A DNA stretch of 64,000 nucleotides, from NCBI RefSeq assembly GCF_006345805.1, contig NC_043007.1:35836001-35900000 (forward strand). The letters are read 5' to 3'. This document shows, one piece after another, positions 24,201-38,212 of the stretch. The stretch is from Octopus sinensis (lineage: Eukaryota). Within the stretch, counting starts at the first letter, position 1. Each line of letters starts with the position of its first letter. The notes below the pieces were generated by a model. The model ran no database searches and was not told where the DNA came from. It saw only the letters and a program-made list of their open reading frames with translations. Both the position numbers and the translations under genes were made by a program.

Positions 24201-27001
24201 CGAGCTGGCAGAAACGTTAGCACGTCGGGCGAAATTTCGTCTTAGTTCAAATTCCTTTCGGGGCCGATTAAATAAGTACCAGTTACGCACTGAGGTCGAT
24301 ATAATCGACTTAATCCGTTTGTCTGTCCCCTCTGTGTTTCGCCCCTTGTGGGTAGTAAAGATATATATATGTCTATAACGCCTTATATATATATATATAT
24401 ATATATAAAACTTGAATGTTTAGACCACAATGTCGTCTGCTGTGGTACGTTGAGTATACTACTACACTGCTCCACTTCACATTTCTTCAACAACTTCTAG
24501 CTAGCTAGCTAACTAACTTACTACCATCAATACCACCAACTAACTATATACCCTTACAATTAACCCTACCACCACTCCTCAGCTATTGCTACCACCACTA
24601 CTCACTACTACTTCTACCACCTCTATACCCGTTTCGCTATGACCATCATTATTCTGCCACCACTACCATTCCTCTCGCTGCTACCCCTACTACATATACC
24701 ACTACTCTGCTCCAGGCACTGCAACCATCACTCCACAGCTACCACTGCCACCACCATCTCTACAACTACTATCCCTATCACCAAGTATATTTCAATCACC
24801 ATCAACATCATAATCATCATCGTAATTATTTTCTGCCATTTACATTCATGACCAACTCCCACTTCTACCACACTTTTGTGGTGAATGTCCACAACTGGGT
24901 TGGGAGGCCCCAAAGTAAACACACCCTGTTGAGGCCACCACCTGCATTTACAGTTGTATAGACGAGCCAACTACAGAACACCCATATCATTTAGCCTGTT
25001 AGAAATAACAGCTAAATCTTCCATAAAAACTCACCCTACTGTCTTAAATAAGGAAGATAGCGTTAGATATATTTCTTTATTGCTCGTAAGGGGCTAAACA
25101 TAGAGGGGACAGACAAAGGGATTAAGTCGATTACATCGACCCCAGTGCGTAACTGGTACTTTACTTATCGACCCCGAAAGGATGAAAGGCAAAGTCGACC
25201 TATATAGCAGTGGTGATAGTTGATGTCATAAGCAAGTCAAGGAAACTATGTTCCCATTGGGGTTTTTTTTCCAAACAACTGATATTATTTGATCTACTTA
25301 GAGCTTCTAGTTTAGGGTGATCAGAGGGTCCCTAGATAGGGGTGAACTCCGTAACCACGCTTTCACAACATGTTAATGTGTTTCCGCAAAATATAAAGCA
25401 ATGTGGACATGACTCTGGCCACAGCTAACGCAGCACAGGTGCAAATGTCTGGGGAGATATCATGACAAGGTCTTAGCATCCACATTTGAGGAGTCACAGA
25501 GTGCAGGGTAGTCAGATTGGGGAGTCGTAAAAAATTCCCAAGGAGAAGTAAGCTTCTCTCAGGATTTCAAATTCAGGATAGTTGGAACTCATAAATAAGT
25601 ATGGGGCACTGAGCTTGTCTAAGGAAGGGAATCCCTAAAAGAAAACCAACCCCACTTCAACTGTTGAAGGATGGACATTGAATTAATTACCTGATCCTGA
25701 AAAAAATTAAAGCCTAATACTTATTCTATTGGTCACTTTTGCTGAACCTCTAAGTTACAGGAACATAAATACACTGACACTGGTTATCAAGTGGTGGTGG
25801 GACAAAGACACACACACATATGACAGGCTTCTTTCAGTTTCTGTCTACCAAATCTACTCACACGGCTTTGGTCAGTCCAAGGCTATAGTAGAAGACACTT
25901 GCCCAATGTACCATGCAGTGGGACTGAACCTGGAACCATGTTGTTGGGAAGCAAGTTTCTTATCACATGGCCCCTTTATTCCCACTCACCCCAGGTCAAC
26001 TTTCGACATAGTTATATTTGTTTTATATTTTGTGAGTTGGAGTAACACTCTGTTCTCAGTTTTCCCCCAATATAAATTTACATAATGCCTAATTTGCTGT
26101 TATTTCTATTAAGGCCTTTAAGCAATTAATAAATCATCATCATCATTTAGCATCCATTTTTCCATGCTTGCATGAATCAGACAGAATATGTTGAGGCAGG
26201 TTGTGGCACCATATGAAAGCACCCACCACACTCTGTAAAGTAGTTGGCGTTAGGAAGGGCATCCAGCCATAGAAATCATGTCAAATCAGAGTGGAGTCTG
26301 GTGCAGCCAGCTCTGGTCAAACCATCCAACTCATCTCAGTATGGACAACAGACATTAAGTGATGATGATAAGGAGGTTGCCTATGGCTGGATGCCCTTGC
26401 TGTCATAAACTCTCACCTGTTTCCAAGCAATATAATATTTCCTATGATCAGACATGTTTTTCACAGAAGACAGAAATCCCACCCTTCACCAAAGGCCAAC
26501 TAGTAGTTTTGTTTTATTATGAGGGTGATCTGTATGCAAGATATGATGATGCAAACTGCACATTTCATATGTACTTTATATGTACATTTTATATGTGCTT
26601 ATGTCTTGAGTATATATACTTATATCTGACAGTGAAGCTCCAACAATGAGTTTGTGTCTATGGCAATACAGAATTAACTCTTAGTCACCACTATTTCCAG
26701 GTCCACTTTGATTTAGGGTGGTAGTGCCAGTCAAGTGCTTGAATATTGGATCAAAAACCAAAGGATATCCCTGTAGTTACCATATACAGGAGTTGGAGAA
26801 GGGCTGGCCTCTAGCCATTTATCACACAGGTCCTCCTATGTGTAGACATGTCTTGACATTGAATAAACTTGCCTAAGGGTTAAACAGATCATCTGCCTCA
26901 AGATTAAGCTCACAAGAGGCAACAGAATAGACTGAACTGACAAATGACAAAGGGAAACGATTTTATCTTCCCCACCAAAAATTCAGAATTTTCAGGCTCT
27001 A

Positions 27002-27037
<36 letters not shown>

Positions 27038-27179
27038 TGTGTGAGTGTGTGTGTTTTGGTTCCTTTTAGTCCATCATACAGCTATGTTTGTATGCCATTG
27101 TTATTTCTATCTGTGGACCAAATGGAGTATCTGTGATATTAAACTAAGAATATTCATCTTTTGTTTTTCTTTCATAACT

Positions 27180-27505
27180 ATAAACATCAAAACATTGCAT
27201 AGAGTGGACAGAAGACCAAAGAGATTTATGAACACCTTCCACTCATCTCTCGTGATATTGCTCAGTCCAGCCAGGGTAAGCTTTGCCGGCTACTGCGTTC
27301 ATGCTGAACAACCTGATACCACATCAGATGATGTATTTTAGAGACTTGCACACCCTAATAGCAGACACAGACTACTCATCTACACTGATGCTACTGGCAA
27401 AGACACACAACAGAAAATTGAGGACCTACCAAAGCTAGCCGGGCAACTGAGATTCCTGGCATGCTGGGCCATGACATCTTGGTTGCGGTCACTTGAAGCA
27501 GAATG
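27180..27505 (+). mobile_element. decayed RTE-X-like LINE 3' end
   Basis: TKEIYEHLPLIS..RVSFAGYCVHAEQ..IEDLPK fragments resemble the RTE-X C-terminus (R.R.AGHC.R). Confidence 0.55.
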
Positions 27506-29331
27506 TCTTCTATTTGTGTTGTGAATGTTGAGGAGGTTTTGTATACAAATCATATTTACGGACGCTGTGCGCATGTGTATGTGTGTTATGTTTATGTTGT
27601 TGAATATGAAGGTTGTAGTTGATATTTTCTCTCTCTCTATGTTGTTTGTATCAAGGCAGACAGTGGATTTGGTAGGTGCTATTTTAAGTCTGTTGTTGTG
27701 GAGCCAAATTTCTGAAGTGATTTATATCAAGTTGGAGCAGCTATACATCAGTATCTGAAGACGGATGGGAGGAAGTGAGCATGCTGTGATCTGGTGCGTA
27801 CATGCTTTCTGGAAATGGGGGAATGGCTCCAGGACAGACAGCTGATGGCGTTTGGCTGAACAGGTATTTCACCAGTGGACATTCAATCAAATAAGTATTT
27901 CACTGATATATAAATGACAGAATGGATACATAGCCAAAATATTTTTCCTGTTTTACATTCAAACTGGTCAGGTCCTACCTTTCACACCTACCCTACAATG
28001 TCAGAGTAAGAATAAGCAATTATATTGAAATCTCAAACCTGTGAGATAAAGTAAGCTTAATGGATACATTTGGACACAAAGCCAAACTGGCATTCACCTG
28101 TCAAACAGAAGACTGGACAATCAACAGGTAAATTTATAGTTCCTTTTGATACATGAATAAAAGATATACATATAAGAAATTTATTAAAATCACTTTCGAT
28201 CTTAATAATGTCACACTCCATTACAGGTGTGGTTTGCTTCCCAACCATGCTATCTCAGATTCAGCCTCACCATATGGCACCTTGAGCAAGTGTCCTCTCT
28301 GCAGCCCCAGGCTGACCAAAAGCCTTATAAGTGAATTTGGTTGACAGAAAATGAAAGAAGCCCATCATATAATTGTACATGTGTGTGTGGGGGGTATACC
28401 ATTCTCTTGACGTCATGTGAGGGTAAGCAACAGGAAGAGTATCCATCTAGAGAAAATCTACCTCAACCAATTCTATCTGACCCAAGAAAGCATATCAATT
28501 GATGATGATGATGGTGATGATGTTGATTCAATGTTAACATTCAGTCAATCATCATCATCATCATCATCATCATCGTTTAACGTCCGTTCTCCATGCTAGC
28601 ATGGGTTGGACGGTTCGACCGGGGATCTGGGAAGCCAGAAGGCTGCACCAGGCTCCGGTCTTATCTGGCAATGTTTCTACAGCTTGATGCCCTTCCTAAT
28701 GCCAACCACTCCGTGAGTGTAGTGGGTGCTTTTTACGTGCCACCTGCACTGGAGCCAGGCGAGGCTGGCATCGGCCACGGTCGGATTGGTGCATTTTACG
28801 TGCCACCTGCACGGAAGCCAGTTGAGGCGGCACTGGCTTCGGCCACGATTCGGATGGTGCTTTTTACGTGCCACCGACACGGAAGCCAGTCGAGGCGGCG
28901 CTGGCATCGGCCGCCTCGACTGGCATTACTCAGAACCAATCAACATTAATTTTCCCAATTTCCCTTTCATTGGTGTTCTTTTTATTTTATTATTTTTTTT
29001 TTTTTTGTAGCAGAAGTGACTTTATGAAAGTAGTCTAATTGATAAATCAACTCCACTACTGACATACTGCTGTCTACTTCAGGTCCTTGTGATGTCAAGT
29101 GGGTAGGTCGCACCCTTGGTTTTTATTGAAATTCTTGGTTTAAAAAAAAAAAAAGTATAACCCATCCACATGTATTTGTTTTATGTTGAAACTAGCCAGA
29201 TATGACCTCTCACATCAACCCTACAATATCATTCTAAAAATAAACAGTTACCTCATTAAAATCTTAAAATTACAAGATAATGCATGATTAATTAAAAACA
29301 ATGTGAATAAATAAGCATTATATTTGACAGA

Positions 29332-29582
29332 GTAGAGGCGTGTGGCTTAGTGGTTAGGGTGTCAGCATCATGATCGTAAGATTGTGGTTTCGATTCCTGG
29401 ACCGGGCGACGCGTTGTGTTCTTGAGCGAAACACCTCATTTCACATTGCTCCAGTCCACTCAGCTGGCGAAAATGAGTAACGCTGCGATGGACTGGTGTC
29501 CTGTCCAGCTGGAGAACACATATGCCATAGAAACTGGGAAACCGGGCCCATGAGCCAGGCTAGGCTTTAAAAAGGGCGCAAT
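29332..29582 (+). mobile_element. tRNA-derived CORE-type SINE (family F)
   Basis: Head TGGCTTAGTGGTTAGGG..GGTTTCGATTCC, GTGTTCTTGAGC.AAACAC..TTGCTCCAGTCCAC core; relatives at 16740-16948 (-) and 59493-59845 (+). Confidence 0.7.
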
Positions 29583-30020
29583 CATTATTATTTTATTGTA
29601 TTTGACACGGTAATCTGAATGCCAAACGGTCAAAATTCTGTTTTGCAAGGAACAAAAGCCAAACTACATACATACGGATATTATTGGTTTTTTTCTCTTT
29701 TCTTTAGCACTCTCAAGTAAGTCAGACCGGGGCTTAATTTTGTAATTGCCAATGTCTATGAAAGAGCAGTTCTTTATAACTTCAAGCTATTTTTCCAAAA
29801 CAAACATTTGTGGATGTTATTTTCACTTTGAGTAGTACTTGTGGAGACGAATACAGGGCTTAAGAGCATGACAGTGTATAAATATGTTAACCAAATGATT
29901 TTATCAATGGTGTTTGAGAAATGAAACCAATAATCTATAACTTATTTCAGAGCAATTAATTGTTTATTTTAGAAATTAAAAGGGAGCCAACCTCACCAAA
30001 TACACACACACACACACACA

Positions 30021-30284
30021 CCAGCACCCTATTTCTTATTGGTGGTTTCATTTTTAGTTGCAGGGTATTCTTTTATTCTTTTACTTATTTCATTCATTTG
30101 ACTGCGGTCATGCTGGAGCACTGCCTTTAGTTGAACAAATCGACCCCAGAACTATGTCTTTGTAAGCCTAGTATTTATTCTATTGGCCTCTTCTGCTGAA
30201 CTGCTAAGTTAAGGAGATGTAAATATACCAACATCGGTTGTCAAGCGACAGTGGGGGTACAAACACACAAATACATACATACAT

Positions 30285-30320
<36 letters not shown>

Positions 30321-30608
30321 AGCACCCTATTTCTTATTGGTGGTTTCATTTTTAGTTGCAGGGTATTCTTTTATTCTTTTACTTATTTCATTCATTTGAC
30401 TGCGGTCATGCTGGAGCACTGCCTTTAGTTGAACAAATCGACCCCAGAACTATGTCTTTGTAAGCCTAGTATTTATTCTATTGGCCTCTTCTGCTGAACT
30501 GCTAAGTTAAGGAGATGTAAATATACCAACATCGGTTGTCAAGCGACAGTGGGGGTACAAACACACAAATACATACATACATTATACACACACACACACA
30601 CACACACA
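30021..30608. repeat. tandem duplication, period 298 bp, bounded by (CA)n
   Basis: The block starting at 30021 is repeated essentially identically from 30319. Confidence 0.9.
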
Positions 30609-30969
30609 AGCTCCTTTCAGTTTCTGTCTACCAAGTCCACTCACAGGGCTTTGGTCGGACTGAGGCAATAGTAGAAGACACTTGCCCAAGGTGCCAGACA
30701 GTGGAACTGAACCATGTGGTTGGGAAGCAAGCTTCTTACCACACAGCTGCTCCTGCGCCTAGTGACCACTTCTGTGCCAAAAAATAAGGAACACTTCATG
30801 AATTTGCATGTCATCCTTGTGCAGGGGCCATGCAAAAATAAAAAAAATCCCCAAGTATCAGAATGTGTTTCAACACATCAAAAATCTTACAAAACAAATA
30901 TTTATATCTATAATCTACATTTATATATATTTATATACATAGCAGCCCCAGCCAAAGTACCTTGGATTG

Positions 30970-31395
30970 CAGGACGGCCTGCTGTGCTTACCTTGGATCG
31001 TTGGGTAACCTGCTGTGCTTGAGGAGACCTATTGAGTCAAGTACATCAACATCAAATGGAAATTGTAGCTGTGATACCCGTGCCAGTGGCACGTAAAAAG
31101 TACCATCCGAACGTGGCTGATGCCAGCGCCGCCTTGACTAACTTCCGTGCCGGTGGCACGTAAAAAGCACCAATCGATCGTGACTGTTGCCAGCCTCCTC
31201 TGGCACCTGTGCCAGTGGTACGTAAAAAGCACCCACTACACTCACAGAGTGGTTGGTGTTAGGAAGGGCATCCAGCAGTAGAAACACTGCCAGATCAGAC
31301 TGGAGCCTGGTGCAGCCTCCTGGCTTCCCAGACCCTGGTCGAACTGTCCAACCCATGCTAGTATGGAAAACGGACGTTAAACGATGATGATGATA
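30970..31395 (+). mobile_element. family C retroposon, long copy
   Basis: Three modules plus a 5' block CTGTGCTTGAGGAGACCTATTGAGTCAAGTAC shared with 51740-52113. Other copies at 641-829, 7965-8211, 19468-19625, 20008-20405, 28552-28925 (-) and 58697-59059. Confidence 0.85.
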
Positions 31396-31693
31396 TATAC
31401 ATTAATCCTCCTTACTGTCCAGCGAAGAGCACATGGAATTAGCCATCAGAAGAATTCAGAGTAACTAATAACCAAATGTAGACACAGACATTAGATACTG
31501 ATGATTGTAGTTAGCCATTAACTGGAACTTAATTGAGAGCTAATATGGTATGCACCTGAAATTCATAAACATTTAATTATTGAAGTGGAAAAATTATCAG
31601 AAAAGCCATTTCTATTCATTTTATCAAATATATAATACTATACCAAGGACTTCCTATTTCTTATTCAAGAACACACACACACAAGTTGCTTAA

Positions 31694-31915
31694 CCCCTTA
31701 GCATATTTAAACCAGCCATATCCGGCCTCAATATTCTACTGGTTTTATGTCAGAACTGGCTAAATCTGGTCTCTCACACCTACTCTACAATATCATTCTA
31801 AAAATATACAATCATATCATTGAAATCTCAAAGCTACAAGATAATGCATAATAAATTGAAAACAATATGAATAAATAAGCTTTACACTTGACAGAATAAT
31901 CTGAATGCTAAAGTG
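31694..31915. mobile_element. piggyBac-like MITE (second family, CCCTTTAGCATT termini)
   Basis: TTAA-flanked, CCCCTTAGCAT...ATGCTAAAGTG. Related copies at about 7851-8269, 13208-13821, 47425-47625, 50386-50605, 53712-53890 and 60019-60775, several interrupted by SINEs. Confidence 0.7.
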
Positions 31916-32177
31916 TTAATATGAATGGAATGCTATCTTCATTTCTGTTTCTTTTTTAAACCTAAGTGATTCATAAGTCGACTAACTGTATGCCTACTTT
32001 TGCCTATCCCTGTATGGTTTCACACCTATACTGCTCTAAGCAGTATAGGTGTGAAGCAAATGGTCACTCTCTGACCAGCCATAACAAAAGTTTATGAATG
32101 CACACACACACACAATACTCACACATGTCACAAATGTATTTTAACTAACCTAAAGTTCCTATATATATATTATATAT

Positions 32178-32242
<65 letters not shown>

Positions 32243-33106
32243 TCAAGTGCCTTCTTACAATCCAGTATCAATCACTCCCACTCATTCTCCTCCTCCCACT
32301 TTGTAATAAATAAAGAGCTTTATATACCCTCCAATGACAACAGAAATTATATTAGAAAGAGAGAACCAACAAGGATAACATCTGGTACCACTTTAGAGCA
32401 TGGATTTATAATTCAAACATAATTACAGCAACTTGTTATGGGTATGAAAAATATCCATTCTCCTCACCGTTATTAATGTTTATATATATATATATATATA
32501 AACAAATATATACGCATACACACATGTAAAAAAATTACTTTCTCTCTTTATTCACCACTTCCATTTTGGTGTCATTTTTCTAAATAATGATTATTCCACC
32601 ACTGTCGTCACACCTATTATCATTTTCTCACGCAGGTGATAAAACGATTATGGATGTGGTAGTTATGGAATGAACTGAATTGACTTTAGAATATAAATAA
32701 CTTTGACCTTAGAACAAGGAAGAGTTGGGAAGACATTTTTTGGAAAAAATTATTTTCTATCAATAGCTTATTAGTATTGTATTTTCTCCTGTTATCAATA
32801 GGTGCAAAAATGGGTGTTGTCATCATAATCAACTTTCTGTTTGCAGTAGTTAGGAGTTTATCGTGGTAGATTTTGTGTGGCTGGATGCTCTTTCCGTTGC
32901 CAACCTTCACCTGTTTTCAAAAAAGATAATATTTCCCCCATGGTCAGACATTTTTTTGCAGAATATTGGAAATGAATGACACTGCTTGTATGACAGTGAC
33001 ACTCATTTACAAGGAGACAAATATACATAGTCACACTCACTCATGCACATACATACATGTGTATACAATCATGTATAGATAGATAGATAGGTAGGTAGGC
33101 AGGTAA

Positions 33107-33335
33107 AGGCGGCGAGCTGGCAGAAACGTTAGCATGCTGGCAAAATGTGTAGCCGTATTTCGTCTGCCGTTACGTTCTGAGTTCAAATTCCGCCGAGGTC
33201 GAGTTTGCCTTTCATCCTTTCGGGGTCGATTAAATAAGTACCAGTTATGCACTGGGGTCGATATAATCGACTTAATCCGTTTGTCTGTCCTTGTTTGTCC
33301 GCTCTGTGTTTAGCCCCTTGTGGGTAGTAAAGAAG
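33107..33335 (+). mobile_element. SINE family A monomer
   Basis: Full head-core-tail. Further copies at about 9848-10058, 12702-12880, 20895-21109 (-), 21536-21768, 24197-24360, 25070-25200 (-), 49970-50190 (-) and 55410-55610. Confidence 0.85.
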
Positions 33336-33741
33336 TAGGCAGGTAGGTAGATAGATAGATAGATAAGTAGATAGACAGATAGAAAGAAAGATAGATAGAT
33401 AGAGATAAATAGATAGATATACACATACACATGTACATATGTACATCCATCAAATTCACTCACAAGGCTTTGGTCAGTATGAGCCTATAAGTAAATGACA
33501 TTTGCCCAAGGTTACTCCATGGCGGGACTGAACTGAAAACTATGAGGTTGGGAGGCAATCTCCTTAACCATTACAGTCACACAGTCATGCCTGCACCTGC
33601 ACTGTGTAGTTAAGAAATTCCCTTCGCAGCAACCATATGATTTTGTGTTCAGTCCCTCAGTATGGCACCAGGGGTAAGTGTTGCAGTCTAAACAATGTTC
33701 TGTAAAGGAATGTGGTAGCTTGGAACTCTGTGGAAGCCCAC

Positions 33742-33796
<55 letters not shown>

Positions 33797-34627
33797 TGTG
33801 TGTGTGTGCATGTGTGTATATGTAGGTACTGTTGTAATACTGGGGTCTTGAAATCAGTGTGTGTTAATGAGAAGCAATGGAAAACAATCGACCTCGGCAG
33901 AATTTGAACTCAGAACACGAAGACAGATGAAAGACTGCTAAGCATTTTGCCCAGTATCCTAATGTTTCTGCCACTCACCACCTTCTGCTATTACTTTTAT
34001 TATTATTACACCTGTATTTGCTTTGATATGAAGGCTGAAAAACATTAACCTCGTTTATTGAAAACTGTGGCTCTGGGTTTGCACCCCCTATGCACATTTT
34101 ATTCACACACTAATGTCCAGAAATAAAATCTTTCAAAAATGATGATATCTGTTTATTTTACGAGATGTCTGGGTACACATCAGCAATTAATTTATTTGCA
34201 AATAGCAATCATTATATTATTCCTGCTAATATTAGGAATCCCAAGACTTCATTAAACTGATTGAACACAGGGAAAATTGTAAAGGACCTTTTAAAAGTGT
34301 GCAAACAAAAACTTCAAGTTGCTTTCATGAATTTATGAGGATAAATCCCAAAATGATAACGGACGTGTTTGTATAGCTAGAAACCTAACTGGTAGACTAA
34401 ACAATATACAATTCTCTTTATGCATGTATGTGTGTTTTAGGGGTGGCATAGTTAGTAGCTGACAGTTTCCTTTTCTCTCTTCCTGAATTTCTTAATTGTC
34501 TCTGTGTACGTACATTAGTACATATGTATATATTTACACATACATGCATATATACACATATTTACATGTATATACAAAAAAATATACATGAATATACATT
34601 AGATACACATGTATATACATCATTTAA

Positions 34628-34854
34628 CCCTTTCGTTACCAACCCGGTTGAAATTGGCTCTGGCTCTGGCTCTGTAGTACAAATGTCTTGTTTTCATAAG
34701 TTTTGAATTAAAATCTTCCACCAAACCTTAATCACCATTTATGTTTCTAACACTAGCTGAATGATAATTAAATTATTTTACTAAATTCTTTGTTATATTT
34801 AAAGTAATTGAAAGAAACACAGAGAATCTCAAAATAAATAAAGTAACGAAAGGG
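34628..34854. mobile_element. piggyBac-like MITE (short family)
   Basis: TTAA|CCCTTTCGTTAC...GTAACGAAAGGG|TTAA. Confidence 0.8.
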
Positions 34855-35589
34855 TTAAACATCTGTCTTTCATGCTAGCAAGGGTCAGATGGTTTGACAG
34901 GATCTAACAGGGTAGAGGACTCCATTGTGCTCCAATGTCTGTTTTGGCATGGTTTGTCTGGCAGGAAGCCCTTCCTCATTAGGGTGTAATGAGTGCTATT
35001 TTCATGACACGAGTGCTAGTGAAGTCACCAAGTAACTCACAAAACCAAGAAGAGACCCTTGACTGAGTAGGGTTGGAGTAGAAGGGGAAGTGATATCATG
35101 CAAGATGGTGAGGAGCTAAAGTAATGATAGAAGGACAGGCACAAGTGTCTTGCAATAGAAAAGATACATGGTTACCCTACAGTAAATAAGAGTGAGCACC
35201 GGTAGCTGGGAAGAAGACAACAAGAGTGGCAATGAGAAATCAGACCATATTGTTGAGATTCATGAATATGTATAGAGGAGAGAATATAGACTAACAGAAA
35301 GGGTGTGTGGAAACATTTCCATCATTGGTTTAATGTCCACTTTTCAATGTTTGCATGGGTTAGATGGATTTTCTATAGCCAAACGCCCTTCCCGTCATTA
35401 ACTCCAACCTCTTTCCAAGGGAGGTAATACTGTCCTATGCAGAGCCATATCCACAGATTACTGGAAATTAGGGAACACACATACACAAGGGAAAGGTTGA
35501 TAGTGTTTTCAATGTTTTGGCTCCTTTACCTTCACCAGATTGTCCAACAAAAGTAACTGAGCCAAAACTTCGAAGTCATACACACACAC

Positions 35590-35625
<36 letters not shown>

Positions 35626-36412
35626 ATATATATTCAGTAAAAACCCATGTAATTTGGACACCTGAGTAATTTATGCAGATGATTTTCAGGATAAAATTTG
35701 TTAAAAAAAGCTTCTACTCATGTAAAATTTCTGTTTAAAAGGTATCACATTGAAAGCTATTAAATTACAAAGTGTTTGTGTTGTTTATAATAAACTTTAT
35801 CTTACATTTCTTGCCCACAAGAGATTATGTCCGATCTTTAGCATACTGCTGTAGATCATCTCAAATCACGATCACAGGAAAAGTTGTTGATAAGAATTAC
35901 TAACAAAAACAAAACTGATAAATATGCACAGGTGTTGCAAATTAAGTTTAATTAACAATAAACATCAGCTTGGATGACATTTTACTCAACCGACAGAGGA
36001 AGGTGACCAATCAAACTGATTAGATAAACAGAATTCTTTTCCGCCTATTCTTGTCAGAACCTTTGAGAAGGAGTATTGAAATTTTAATCCCTTTCACACT
36101 TATAAAATGTTAAGCAAACTTAAAAATTTGTTGTTACCATTATTGTCAGTATGGGCAGAACTTATGAATCATTTACTGCAAAGGAGAAATTAAATATCTC
36201 TTTTTTTTGTTTAATCTTTTACTTGTTTCAGTCATTTGACTACAGCCATGCTGGAGCACCGCCTTTAGTCAAGCAAATCAATCCCAGGACTTATTCTTTG
36301 TAAGCCTAGTACTTATTCTATAGTTCTCATTTTGCTGAACCGCTAAGTTACAGGGATAGTAAACACACCACCATCAGTTGTCAAGTGATGTTGGGGGACA
36401 AACAGACACACT

Positions 36413-36459
<47 letters not shown>

Positions 36460-37122
36460 GACAGGCTTCTTTCAGTTTCCATCTACCACACCCACTCATA
36501 AGGATTTGGTCAGCCCAAGGCTATAATAGAAGACACTTGCCCGAGGTACCATGCAGTGGGACTGAACCTGGAACCATGTGGCTGGTAAGCAAGCTACTCG
36601 CCACACAGCCATATATATATATAAAATAAAATTAAGATTCAGTTGAATTAGGTACTTAAATTGAGGTACCTTGTTAGGTCATAATATGTACACCCAAACA
36701 ATATTAAGTGAATTGAACAGAATTCATGTACAACTCCCCAAAAACTTAATTCTAGACCATCAGAGACAATCCTCTCTATTGTTTAGAGATATAGGTAACT
36801 GGGTCACTGATTTCAATTATTCCCTCTATTCTACTATGCTCTAAATTCTATTCTGACAAGATATAAAATATTTGGTAAATTCATTTTGCCAAAGGAATAG
36901 CAGCAGCTTCAGTGTAAATATTTTGGCTCTATGGAGTTGTGGTTATGCTTAATCAGTCGAATTGAGCTTTATGTTTGAAGTTGATGCAGTCATCTGACAA
37001 AAACGGTTTCTTTGCAATGATGTAAGGTTTTCATTAATCAATTAAAGACATCACTTGAAATGGCCGTAACGAATTGACACCTGTACTTTTGTTACATATA
37101 TTGCACCTCCACATATATATAT

Positions 37123-37414
37123 GTGGAGGCGCAATGGCCCAGTAGTTAGGGCAACGGACTTACGGTCGTAGGATTGCAGTTTCGATTCCTACACCGGGCG
37201 TTGTGAATGTTTATTGAATGAAAACACCTAAAGCTCCACGAGGCTCCGGCGGGGGGGGGGGGGGTCCCTGCAGTACTCTTTTGCAACAACTTTCACTCTT
37301 TCTTCTGTTGGCCTGCTCACTTAACCAGCGGGGTGGCATCATTTGAAGGCTAAAACAATGTGAAGCGCATTGTGACCAGTGATGTAGCAGCATCTGATAG
37401 CCTGGTTGGTCACG

Positions 37415-37418
<4 letters not shown>
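37123..37418 (+). mobile_element. tRNA-derived SINE (family D head, different 3' half)
   Basis: Shares the head through CTGCAGTACTCTTT, then diverges (GAAGGCTAAAACAATGTGAAGCGCATTGTGACC...). Confidence 0.75.
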
Positions 37419-37452
<34 letters not shown>

Positions 37453-38212
37453 TATATACACACACACATACATGCATACATACACACACATACAGAGACA
37501 TGTGTGTGCAGTACACAAAAATTATATATCAAATGAAATAGAAACTGTTTCATTAACATTATGTTGGTAATTTTTAACTAAAATGAAACCTAAAATAAAT
37601 GATTAATGTGCAAAAATAGTTTAGCTATTGACGTAATGAAATTAAATGACAGACAAAATTACACCTTTTCAAAATTTCCTTGACTGTTTACACATCATTA
37701 CGCCTTGTAACATATATTTTAAGCTCTTGTCAAGGAAAATAGGTATTTCCATTCAAAAGTTTCTTTTCAGAAAGCGCTTGAATAAATAATCTTATTTCTG
37801 TTTACTTTTCCGAAACGAATCAGATTTTTAATTTCCTTTTATTAGATAAACATTTTATTTTCGAGAATACTATTTATTAGTTAATCAGGTGACAGTGCTG
37901 AGGGGGAAAAAAAAAAGGAGTAACTGCTATTAGCATTCTTATCTATGATGATGATTTTGATAGCAGAATTCTGGTTTAAGCACTCCATATAACACCTCGT
38001 AAATTTTTTATCTTTTGGAATTTTTAGAAAACTTTTGCGAATTTGTAGTCTACACATTAGAATTCATATGATTATGTAAAAAAAAATGTTTGTGTGTGAT
38101 TTAAGGGCGATTTAGTTGTTATTTTTAGCACATCTGTCAATCACCTGATACCTTCCTTGTTTCTTTGTCACTCTAACATAAATTGATGCTTTTCAATATT
38201 TTTCTTCTTCTG

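Noticed and set aside
28690-28925. Conserved ~26-nt unit with variable spacers resembling a CRISPR array
   Set aside because: Eukaryotic context, spacers homologous to one another, embedded in a (GAT)n-tailed retroposon, and no cas genes.
31146-31171. Resemblance of family C modules to pistol or twister ribozymes
   Set aside because: Only a hairpin followed by an A-rich linker matches; the conserved catalytic nucleotides and additional stems are absent.
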